64,000 nt of DNA from an uncultured Gemmataceae bacterium (GTDB lineage Bacteria; Planctomycetota; Planctomycetia; Gemmatales; Gemmataceae), in the NCBI GenBank assembly GCA_963750165.1, contig CAVVPN010000011.1, positions 864,001-928,000 on the forward strand. Direction: 5' to 3'. The position numbers and the translations under genes are program-made. The notes under the pieces were generated by a model, which saw nothing but the letters and a program-made list of their open reading frames with translations, did no database searches and was not told where the DNA came from. Shown here in pieces: positions 52,156 to 61,133 of the stretch (position 1 is its first letter; each line of letters begins with the position of its first letter).

Positions 52156-53471
52156 CTTCCTGCCGCCCCTCTGGCAAGCCTGCACCGCACGGCTGGCCGC
52201 CTTGCTGCACGGCCGCCACGCCTGGCGCCTCCAGGTCCTGTTGCGCGGCGCCCTCTTCGCCCGGGGCCGGCGCACCGTCACCAGTTGGCTGCGCGCCGCC
52301 GGCGTCGGCCTCGGCTTCGCCGCCTACTACTACTTCCTGGCCGCGTTGGGCCGCCACGCCCGGTTGGCTGGCCGGGCTGCTGCTCGGCCATGCCCGGCGT
52401 CACCTGGCCCCGGCCGGGCCGCTGCTGTTCGCCCTGGACGACAGCCCGACGAAGCGCTACGGCCCCCAGGTGCAGGGGGCCGGCCACCACCACCACCCCA
52501 CGCCCGGGCCGACCGACCAGCGCTTCCTGTACGGCCACGTCTGGGTCACCCTGGCCTGGGTGGTCACCCACCCGCTCTGGGGTGCGATCGGCCTGCCACT
52601 CCGCGCCCTGCTCTACGTCCGCCAGAAGGACGTGCCGCGTTTGCCCGAGCGCTGCCGCTGGGCCTTCCGCACCAAGTTGGTGTTGGCCGCCGAACTGCTC
52701 CGTTGGGCCGCCGACCAGGTCCGTGCCGCGGGCCGGGTCGTGCGCTGTGTGGCCGATGGCGCCTACGCCAAGCGGCCGTTCCTGCGCGCCGCCGCGGCCG
52801 CCGGGGTCGTGGTCGTCAGCCGGCTGCGCCGGGAGGCGGCCCTGCGCACCCTGCCGCTGCCGCGCGGGCGGCGGCGCGGCCGGCCGCCGGTGTACGGCAC
52901 GGGGCGGATCAGCCTGGCCAAGCGCGCCGGCCAGAAGCGCGGCTGGCAGGTCGTGCAGGCGCACCAGTACGGCCAGGTCCGGGACAAGCGCATCAAGACG
53001 TTCGAGGCGACCTGGCGGCCGGCGGGCGGCCGCCTCCGCGTCGTGCTGGTCCAGGAGGAGCACGGCTGGCTGGCGCTGTTCAGCACCGACCCGAGCCTGA
53101 CCGCCGAGCAGATCCTGGGCCTGGCGGCGGAGCGGTTCAGCATCGAGCAGGACTTCCACGACCTGAAGGAAGTCGAAGGGCTGGGCCAGCAGCAGTTGCG
53201 GGACCTCTGGGCGAACGTGGGGGCGTTCCACGTCTGCGCCTGGGTGCACACGCTGACGGAGCTGTGGGCCTGGGGCCAGCCGCGGGAGGCGCTCTGTGAC
53301 CGCAGCGCCTCGCCGTGGGACGACCCGGAGCGGCGGCCTTCGCACGCCGACCGGCGCAAGGCGTTGCAGCGGCAGTGCCTCGGCCAGGAATTTATGCAGC
53401 TGACCGAGGGCCAACCCCTGACGCCAGAAATCCAACAGTTCGTCCGGCGCGTGATCCATCATGCGGCCTGA
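52156..53471 (+). pseudogene. IS701-like (DDE_5) transposase, 5'-truncated, frameshift near 52365
   Basis: LDDSPTKRYGP, YGHVWVTL, VADGAYA, RFSIEQDFHDLKE, RRPSHADRRKAL. Confidence 0.8.
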
Positions 53472-53496
53472 TGTTAGCTCTTTTCAGAAAGTGCAG
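52156..53496 (+). mobile_element. IS701-like element with its left end removed at the IS66 junction
   Basis: Transposase followed by the terminal sequence TGTTAGCTCTTTTCAGAAAGTGCAG, which resembles the MITE IR. Confidence 0.7.
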
Positions 53497-53865
53497 TTTG
53501 GAGTACAGGCCGTGCAATTCGGCCTCGTCCTTCAGCACCGCCAGGGCCGTCCGCAGATCGCCGGTCAGCAGTGCCTGGGCGAACAGTCTGCGGCGCGTGG
53601 CCAGTTGCAGGTTCAGCACGTCGCCCCGGTCCTTTTCGAGATCCCTGGCCAGGAGTTTGTTGCTGGCCACGATGTATTTCCGCAACTGGCTGTCGCTGAC
53701 CATCCAGGGGCGGCCCGTTTCCGGGTCGTTTTCGCCCGCATATGCCCGTATGTCCTCGAACTGGGCGCCCGCCAGGCGGATTTCCAGCACCTTGGCGACG
53801 CGCGCCTGCGTGACGGCCTGGGTAGACTTCCTGGCCCGCTTACCCTTCTTCTTCTTGGCAGGCAT
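53497..53865 (-). CDS. Phage-type helical protein, possibly terminase small subunit-like; 3' end hit by the IS
   Basis: VLEIRLAGAQFEDI...VSDSQLRKYI (HTH-like)...ALAVLKDEAELHGLY; overlaps the upstream gene. Confidence 0.5.
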
Positions 53866-54466
53866 GTTTGGCCACCTCCGCGTCGATCCAGGCGGCGTGC
53901 CAGTCGTGCAGGTCGTCATGATGGAACAGGGCGATCTGCTCCCGGTTGCTGTTGGTGCGCAGGTTGGCGCTGCCCTCGGTGACCAGCTTGCGGCCGTCGG
54001 CGAAGTGCAGGCAAACCACCTCGCAGTGGTTGCGGGCGGCGGCCAGCCGGCAGCCGCGGGCCTGGGCCAGTTCCCGGCGGCCGAACAGGAATTCTTCCCG
54101 GCTCTGCCGCTGGAAGAACGACGAACAGAGCAGCGTCGCGGCCTTGACCCGGCCGGAGTCCAGCAAGCCGGCGATCTCGTAGACGTTGCGCTTGGAATAG
54201 GCCAGGGTTGCCATGCGCAGCCGTTCGCAGGGGACGGCGGACTTGTCCAGGATAACCATGAGCAGGGCGGTCAAGTCAAACCGGCCGGTCATGATGGCGT
54301 GCAGCGCTTCGCCGGGGCCGGGCAGGTGCGGCACGATCTGCGCCGCCTCGGCCAGCATGGCGAAGCGTTTCTGGCGGTCCCGGGCGGTGAAGACGCCGGG
54401 CAGGGGATCGGGGTTGGCGGCGGCCTGGCGGCCGAAGTTCGGGGGTTTGATCTTGGAAAAGTCTAT
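53840..54466 (-). CDS. Phospholipase D-like domain protein
   Basis: NHCEVV...GSANLRTNSNREQ; the open frame extends to an ATA at 54466 preceded by GAGGG (first ATG at 54358). Confidence 0.55.
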   Translation of the reverse strand: MDFSKIKPPNFGRQAAANPDPLPGVFTARDRQKRFAMLAEAAQIVPHLPGPGEALHAIMTGRFDLTALLMVILDKSAVPCERLRMATLAYSKRNVYEIAGLLDSGRVKAATLLCSSFFQRQSREEFLFGRRELAQARGCRLAAARNHCEVVCLHFADGRKLVTEGSANLRTNSNREQIALFHHDDLHDWHAAWIDAEVAKHACQEEEG

Positions 54467-54477
54467 CGGTCAGTCCC

Positions 54478-54621
54478 TCACGACCAGGATTGGCCGTTCT
54501 TGAAGCGGCCGGGCGGGCGCTTCTTGCCCTTGCTCTTGCCGGCCCCATTCTTCTTGCCCTTCTTCTTCGCCTGCGCGTTGAAGCCGAAGCTGAAGTCGCC
54601 CACCTTGTCTTTCTTGGCCAT
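54478..54621 (-). CDS. 47-aa Lys/Gly-rich basic peptide
   Basis: AAGGAAGG RBS; MAKKDKVGDFSFGFNAQAKKKGKKNGAGKSKGKKRPPGRFKNGQSWS*; GC-rich third positions; absent from the supplied ORF track. Confidence 0.6.
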   Translation of the reverse strand: MAKKDKVGDFSFGFNAQAKKKGKKNGAGKSKGKKRPPGRFKNGQSWS

Positions 54622-54702
54622 GCTTGGTCCTTCCTTTTCATTCTAAACGCCTGGTGTCATCAGCCCACGAGAACGAGGGTTGTCCGGCTCACCATCTTAT
54701 TA

Positions 54703-54747
54703 GTCAGGGTCTTTCGTCAGGGTACACCCAGACGTACACCCCTGACG
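54703..54747. repeat. Short direct and inverted repeats, possible replication origin
   Basis: GTCAGGGT twice, GTACACCC twice, and a CGTCAGGG/CCCTGACG inverted pair just downstream of the primase gene. Confidence 0.3.
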
Positions 54748-54817
54748 GGGCGCGCACGAACGCCAGTCCGTCCGTGGTCTACGTCATGGGTCAACGTAAT
54801 GGCCAAGTGCTTGTCGC

Positions 54818-56728
54818 TCATGACGATTGCCCCTCCCCTGACGCATCTTGTGTGGGTTCCTCGCGGGCGCGCCCGCCTGAGGGCCGTGCGTCCGTCTGTC
54901 CGTCCGGCCGCGCCTCGAAGTCGCGCTGCGCGCCGTCGGGTTGCGGCGCCTGTCCGGGCGGCGCCACAGGAGCCGCCGGGTTTTCCGGCTCGGCCAGTTG
55001 GTCCGCGAGGAACTCCTGGGAAAGCTCGATGGCCCGTAAACTGCCGCCCCGGACGTGGCAGGGGGCGCCGACGTCGTACAGCTTGCACAGCTCGGTGAAG
55101 TGCCGCTGGCTCATCCCGGCCAGTTCGGCGCAGTGGATTTGCTTGAACAGCTCGACGCGCAGCGCCACCCGCACCTTGCCCTCGTCGCGCCGCGCCCAGA
55201 GGCGGTGACCGCGCACGTCGCCCCACGCCGGCCTGGTCGCGAACATCTGGGCCCACAGGATCAGCGGCCGGCGCTGGACCTCGTTGCGCTGCTGCCCTTC
55301 CGTGCCGGCCTTGTAGGTGTAGGTGATGGAAACCAGGGTCCACAGCGCGCCCGCCACCTTGGCCCGGAATTCTTCCCGCGCCGGGTCGCAGACCTCGGCC
55401 GTTTCCGTCTCGGTGGGCAGGGTGCACAGCAGGTTCCCCCAGGCCACCTTGAACAGGGTGCCGAACGCCCGCACCACGTCAAGGCGTTCGGCCTTGTGCG
55501 GCACGTCGCTGGCCTGCTGCAGCTTGTCGATCAGCGCGGTGGTCGGGATGGCCGCCTCGCTCATCCTCACCAGGCGGCCCTGACTGCTGCTGTAGACGCT
55601 CGTGTCGCGCTTGTGGGTCGGCACCAGGGTTTCGAGCAGGTGGGCCTGGATGGTCCGCTCCATACTCAGCCGCTCGCCGGCGGCCTCGGGGCTCGCGCCG
55701 GCACCGCTCGGCGGCCCGCCGCCGTGGCCGTCCGAACCTCCACGCCGCTTGCGCCCCTGTCGCGGTTGGTAGGTTTCCTGGCAGTCGGCAACGGCCTTCT
55801 CGACGGTGGCCTGGCCGTAGGTGCGGCCGTCGGCGTAGTGGACTTCGTCCCACTTGGGGCGCATGCGGCCGGACTGGCGAAAGAGCGCGTCCACGCGGTG
55901 CGCGTCGCGGCCGGTCCAGAAGGCCAGCATGTTACACAGGGCCAGGTCGCCCTCGGATGCTGAGTCGTAACCGGCGTCGTCGCCGCCCCACAGTGCGGCG
56001 AACCTGGCACCGTTCTTGGCCTTCCTCGCGCGCTCCAATAGCTCCTGGTCATCCGGGCAACCGCCGTGCGACTTGCCGTTGCCGTTGGGGGAAGGCGTCG
56101 GCCGTCGCGGCTCTTTCGCCGGGAACAGCCGCGCGTGCAGCGCTTCCAGTTCGGCTTGCCGCTCCTCCACGGTGGGCGGCGCCGACGGCAGGCGGTCGCC
56201 TGTCATCGTGAAGAAGCGGTGGGAGTCGTACAGCTCGTGGTGGCCGCTCTTGTTGCCGCCCGGCGGCAGGTTGCCCCGGATGAACACCTTGAGGCCGGTC
56301 CCCGAAGGCGAAACCTCGGTGTAGCTTTTCAGCGCCGCCACGTCCTCGGCCGCCCACGGCGCGAGCGCGCCAGTCTCGGGGTTGCGGCAGTCGTCCAGGT
56401 CGATGCCGCAGAACGGGTCATCTTCGCTGAAGACGAAGCCGATGCCGTCCGCCTTGCCGCGGCGAACGCGCAGCAGGGCGTCCGCGAACGAGCCCCAGGT
56501 ATCCGGGTCGTTCGTCCGGGCCTTCTTCGGCGCGTCGGCCCGGAGGGGGACCTTGGTCCACTTCAGTTCGCCCTTGCTGTTCTTGACCCGATCCCAGCAC
56601 CACGTCACCCACTGCGGCCGCTCGCGCAGCTCCTGGGGGATGGCGTCGGGGTTGATCGGGTAGGGCGCAGGCTTCTTGTCGCCGCGCAGGACGGTGTCCT
56701 TCCAGCTGGCCCCGTTGGCCGTCGTCAT
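54818..56728 (-). CDS. Primase-polymerase (AEP, NrS-1-like) with an unknown C-terminal domain
   Basis: GIGFVF...GIDLDDC, YTEVSPSGTGLKVF, ELYDSHRFFTMTG; SEGDLALCNMLAFWTG...LFRQSG..RPKWD...TYG..TVEKA. Confidence 0.85.
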   Translation of the reverse strand: MTTANGASWKDTVLRGDKKPAPYPINPDAIPQELRERPQWVTWCWDRVKNSKGELKWTKVPLRADAPKKARTNDPDTWGSFADALLRVRRGKADGIGFVFSEDDPFCGIDLDDCRNPETGALAPWAAEDVAALKSYTEVSPSGTGLKVFIRGNLPPGGNKSGHHELYDSHRFFTMTGDRLPSAPPTVEERQAELEALHARLFPAKEPRRPTPSPNGNGKSHGGCPDDQELLERARKAKNGARFAALWGGDDAGYDSASEGDLALCNMLAFWTGRDAHRVDALFRQSGRMRPKWDEVHYADGRTYGQATVEKAVADCQETYQPRQGRKRRGGSDGHGGGPPSGAGASPEAAGERLSMERTIQAHLLETLVPTHKRDTSVYSSSQGRLVRMSEAAIPTTALIDKLQQASDVPHKAERLDVVRAFGTLFKVAWGNLLCTLPTETETAEVCDPAREEFRAKVAGALWTLVSITYTYKAGTEGQQRNEVQRRPLILWAQMFATRPAWGDVRGHRLWARRDEGKVRVALRVELFKQIHCAELAGMSQRHFTELCKLYDVGAPCHVRGGSLRAIELSQEFLADQLAEPENPAAPVAPPGQAPQPDGAQRDFEARPDGQTDARPSGGRAREEPTQDASGEGQSS

Positions 56729-56742
56729 GGCTGGACCCCCGG

Positions 56743-57108
56743 TTAGATGCCGATCTTGCTCAGTTCCTCGCCGGCGCGCTCGGCGTCGCGCTGCCGCTTA
56801 CCTGGGGTGCGCGGGGAGGGTGGTGCCGAGTCCGGGGCCGTATCCTGCTGGGCGGCAATGAACCGAATGATGGCCTGGGAGGAAGTGAGGTGTCGGCCGG
56901 CCAGGCGGGCGGCCTCCAGTTTGACGCGGCTGCCGTTGGGGCCGCGCACGCCCTGCAGTATCCAGCGGGCCAGACAGGAAGGCGTGACGGGCCGGCCCTG
57001 GCGAAACGGTGGGAAGCGCTCGGCGGCCTGGCTCAAGGTCAGGCCGCCGCCCTCGGCGATCTCCTGGGAGAGCAGGTCCAGAGCCGTGGCGGTCGTTGCG
57101 GCAGACAT
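56743..57108 (-). CDS. DUF1580-like HTH protein (excisionase/AlpA-like)
   Basis: LTLSQAAERFP...PSCLARWILQG...VKLEAARLAGRHLTSSQAIIRF. Confidence 0.75.
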   Translation of the reverse strand: MSAATTATALDLLSQEIAEGGGLTLSQAAERFPPFRQGRPVTPSCLARWILQGVRGPNGSRVKLEAARLAGRHLTSSQAIIRFIAAQQDTAPDSAPPSPRTPGKRQRDAERAGEELSKIGI

Positions 57109-57202
57109 TTTGTTCTTCCTCGCATGAACTTGCGGGCGTTCGTCATGCAAGGAAGGATGACACAAAGGATGGCCGCGCGGATACTGCGCAGATACTGCGC
57201 GG

Positions 57203-58635
57203 TCACTGCGGGGTTGCCTCGCGCCGCCTCCAGCAAACCTGCTCGCCAGTGCCGTTGCGCTCGAACACCAGGGGAGAATTGAGCAGCCAGTCCTTGAACC
57301 GCGGCAACACTTCGGCGAGTTTGCCGGGGTCCAGAGGGTCGTCGATGGCTGCCGGCCAGCCCGATTCGTCAAAGGCGTTCAGCAACTTGACGGCGTGCGG
57401 GGACTGGTTGCGGTTGAAAGACTTGACCAGCTGCTCACCGAACCATAATTCCCGCCGGTCGGGATCCCACCGGGGGCGTTCAGGCGCGGCGTGAACCCGG
57501 GGGCTGCCGCCGGCCGGCGGCAGCCGGTTGTCGAGAAAATCAATCAGCGGCTTGTGCAGGTCGGCGGCGGCCTGGGGGTTCACGCTCGCCAGTCGGCTCG
57601 GGTATGCGGCCAGATCGCTGAGCGTTTGGTCGTGCGTCCTGTCCGCCGCGCTTTCGCGAGACGCTGATCCCATCGGCTCGGGGGCTGCGGTTGGATCGGG
57701 CGACGAATGAGGTCCGGCCTTCCTTTCCCGCCTCTTCTTGTAGCGCTCGACCTCCTCACGGTCCAGGATCGTTCCCTTCCGCAAATATCCCCCTTTGCAA
57801 ACGGGGGTGCCGATTTCGGCTTTCAAAACCCCGCGCCGGATCAGCGCGTGAACGCTCACGGTGCGGAGCTTCAACGTCGTCGCTGCTTCCCGAACAGTAA
57901 TCTTGCTGTCAGGCGGGCGTTTCTTCTCCTGAGCGGAAACGCAGGCTTTCACGGCAACGGCCGGCACGTAGGACCGTGGTAGCGCCCTTCCGTCTATGCT
58001 CTTGGCCGGAAGGTCTTTTGGAGTCGCCTTCACACCTCGGCTTGCGCATTCCTGCAGACGGCGGCGCAAGGTGCGCACGCTGACGCCCAGGTCTTCCGCG
58101 GCCGCAACGACATGGACGCTACCGGGGTGTACCGGGACGGTTACTCTCTCGGCCCGGGCGTCGTTCACCCTGTCGAGCGCCTTTTGGGGGAAGAAGCGGA
58201 TTTTTCGGTTGTAGGCAGTGGGCAGCAGCCGAGTTGGAATTGCTTGGCCGCCGAGCCAGGGGCATCCCTTCTTTTCTCCGCTGGCGTTCTGGTTCGCGTA
58301 ACCGATCAGCGTTGGATACGAAACGCCCAGGTAGCGGGCAGCCTCGCGGGGGGCGAACAACCATTCCCCGTCAACGAGGATTCGCGCCGTCGCCTTGTGA
58401 GCCTGCCTGGCAGCCTTGCGAGTGAACGGTCGGCCACAACGCCCTTCGCGCACAAGGCAGCCGCAGGACTTGGTTTTGCCGGAGAGCAGCTGGCCGGCTT
58501 GAACGCTGGCTCTTCCCCCGCAGGCCTGCATCTGCAAACCCAGCGCCGCTTGCCGCAGAGAGTTCTTTCCTTCAACAGTCGAAGAACCGTCAAGCGACCG
58601 AATCGTTGCCCTGTGAGGTTGAGTGGCGCAGGCAT
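57203..58635 (-). CDS. Multi-HTH DNA-binding protein with a Cys-rich N-terminus; frameshift near 58515
   Basis: NLTGQRFGRLTV...WVCRC...LLSGKTKSCGC; HTH-like segments EAARYLGVSYPTL, AAEDLGVSVRTLRR and VREAATTLKLRTVSVHALI; C-terminal PRWDPDRRELW. Confidence 0.65.
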
Positions 58636-58862
58636 GGCTGTTTCCTCTTTCGGCAACCTCAAGATCGAAAAGGCAGGGGCAACCCGTGAGGTTGGCGGGC
58701 GTTCGGGCTGCAGACCCTAGCCCCTGCCAGATGGAAAGCCTACCAACTTCGCTGGCGCATTGCCATGCTGTCAGCGTTCAGCCAGCTGGCCCATACCGAC
58801 CGCACCCAAGGCCGACCCAGGACAAGCCCGGAGCGTGCCGGGCTTGTCCTGTTCTTGAACCC

Positions 58863-60214
58863 TCAGCCGATCTCCTTCATGATCTCCTGGGCCTTGTTCA
58901 AATCTCGTTCGGCGTAAATCTGCGTCGTCTCAACCCGCGTATGTCCGAGGATGACCTTGGCAGCCTCGACGCCGTACTTCGCCCGCAGCAGCGTCGCCGC
59001 CGTGTGCCGCAACTGCAGCGGCGACCAGGGCGGAACGTTGGCCGCCCGACACGCCCGGACGATGGCCTGGCGGTAACTGCGCCGGTCGTACCGCTCGGCG
59101 GGTAGGCGCTTCGGCCGGGCCTTCCGCTTGCGCTTCATCTCGCTGGGAGTGCGCTTCGTCTTCCGCTGCGCGGCGCGGCGGCGCGCAGTTCCTCGACGTG
59201 GGTCCGCGGTGAGAACAGGTGCGCTTGCACGTCCGGCTTGAGGAACGGCTTGACCACTTCCTGGGCCTGCGGTCCCAGGTAGATGACGCGATCAAGTCCG
59301 CGGTGGCTGTTCTTGTGCTTGGAAGGCGAATAGATCCAGACTGGCCCGGTCGTGTTCAGGTCGATGCCGCGCATCGCCATCGCCTCGCCCGCCCGCATGC
59401 CGGTCAGCAGTTGCAGCCGCACCATCGCCGCGACCGGCGCCGGCATCTTCGCCGTTGCAGACTCGACGACCGCGACGGCCACGGGCTTGACGCCCTCGGC
59501 TTCCGGGGCGTCGGTGCGGCCCTGCTGCAGGCCGGGAACGGCGGTCAAGCCACGGTGGACGGACTCGGGCACCATCTCCTCAGCGACCGCCCAGCGGAAC
59601 AGGCGAACGATGTGGCCGACGCGCTGGTTGATGACACCGCGCGACAGGGCCTTCTCGGAGCGGAGCAGTTCGCCGGGCAGCCACTTCTCTTTCCACAGCG
59701 CCTCGCAGTTGGCCGCGGTCTGTCGGAAGCAGTGCTCCCAGAACCAGCGCTCCAGGGTTCTCTCTTGTTCGCCCACTTTGAGCTTGAACCGGACGAAGTA
59801 GCGCCGGGAGTCGGCCATCTTCTGGCGGACGGCCTTCAGCTTGAGCGGGGAGAACTCCGCGGCGGGAAGCAGGCCGTACAGCGCCTTGAGCGGCCGGAGC
59901 GAAACGCGGATGTTCTTCAGTTCGTCGGTCGGCTCGCCGTCCACGTCGCGGTAATGCTGCTCAGCGTGCTTCCAGTAGGCCACCATCAATTCGTTGATCG
60001 ACAACGATTTGGTGTCCCGCTGATCTGCCGTGAGCTGGCGGCCGGACGCCTCCCACTCGGCGATCACCCGTGCGTACTCTGCGCGGCTTTCGGGCGTGCC
60101 GTGGCGCCCGAGCAGCACGTCGCGGCGCCGCCCCTGACCGTCCGTGAGGGTGACGACGGCCTGGCCGGATTGCTTGTGGAGGCGGTAAGAGGGGACGTTG
60201 AGCGTGCGGGACAT
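58863..60214 (-). CDS. int: Tyrosine recombinase/integrase; frameshift near 59180
   Basis: PSYRLHKQSGQAVV N-terminus; TGMRAGE, HKN, QLRHTAAT, LGHT, TTQIYAE. Confidence 0.9.
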
Positions 60215-60323
60215 GCGGTTAACCCTTCTGCGGAAGACTTCCGCAACTTTCAGGGTTTTCGGCCGCACTCCCGACCGTCGAGAGGTACGCTTAACTAGCG
60301 TCAGGCTATCGGTTTGTGTTCAG

Positions 60324-60365
60324 AGCGGGCGATGGGATTCGAACCCACGACGTCCAGCTTGGGAA
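60324..60365 (-). tRNA. 3' half of tRNA-Gly(CCC), att core only and not a complete gene
   Basis: Minus strand TTCCCAAGCTGGACGTCGTGGGTTCGAATCCCATCGCCCGCT gives the anticodon loop, T-arm and acceptor 3' strand; no D-arm or 5' strand upstream. Confidence 0.8.
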
Positions 60366-60487
60366 ATCCGCGTAATTTCAACCAGATAGCCCGGAAAAGT
60401 CTTCTCCTCCAACATGTTACGGCACGGACCTGCCATTTTCAAGCACAGCCGACTACTGACGAAAAGTTGCGGGAGAATGTCGTAGTC

Positions 60488-60516
60488 TCCGTAGTTTTTC
60501 CGTAGAGTCTCCGTAA
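60488..60516. repeat. Three TCCGTA(G/A) direct repeats at 11-bp period, candidate integrase arm sites
   Basis: Copies at 60488, 60499 and 60510. Confidence 0.5.
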
Positions 60517-60539
60517 CCTGAAGGACATACAAGCTGTCC

Positions 60540-60790
60540 GAGAACGCCGCCTTCCCGTGGACGCCCGAGACGCCGCTCGCGCGGCCCGGCGACGCTCAGT
60601 GGGGTGACTGCATGAGCGGTGAGCCAGGCGGCTGTGGTAGGGGCGTCCGGTATGCCGTCCAGGTCAAAAAACCGATGGGGCTTGCCCAGACGGCGATGCA
60701 CTTCGACGGTCAGCCTCGTGCTGCTGGTGTACCCGCGCTCAGGATCAGCGCGGCGTCGCCGTCGAGTATGTCCCCCTCGTGCGCCGGGAT
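60540..60790 (-). pseudogene. Degraded putative molybdenum-carrier/SLOG-family gene
   Basis: ILDGDAALILS...TRLTVEVHRRLGKP..FDLD...AAWL....TPLSVAGPRE split over two frames. Confidence 0.5.
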
Positions 60791-61133
60791 AAACATGCTG
60801 TTGATCTTTCTGTTGACACGCCGGTCGATGTGTCCGACGCGCCGAAGACCGTGACACCATCTCAACGCGGTGGGGCGGACCGACGCACGCAACGGACATC
60901 AGCTTGCCTGCGCAGGTCGAGGACGCCTCCGCTCCGAACACCCTGCCGTCTCCACCTCCCTTTTCTCTCGAAATTTCTCTCGAAATGAACCCGGGTACGC
61001 GGGAACCCCGGTCCCCGGTCAATTCCCTTACGAACGGCCATGCGTATATCTATCGAGACTGACACGAACGTCGCGACCGCGACCTTGCCAGGTGATCCTT
61101 CCCGACCGCTTGCCTTTTTTGGGAGACCTACTG

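Larger units (their letters stand above)
53497..60365 (-). mobile_element. Phage-satellite-like integrative element (remnant)
   Basis: tRNA-derived att core, then integrase, HTH protein, DUF1580, primase-polymerase and small ORFs, all on the minus strand; no capsid or tail genes. Confidence 0.7.

Noticed and set aside
60324..60400. Complete tRNA-Gly gene
   Set aside because: Only the 3' half is present; the upstream sequence cannot form the D-arm or the acceptor 5' strand
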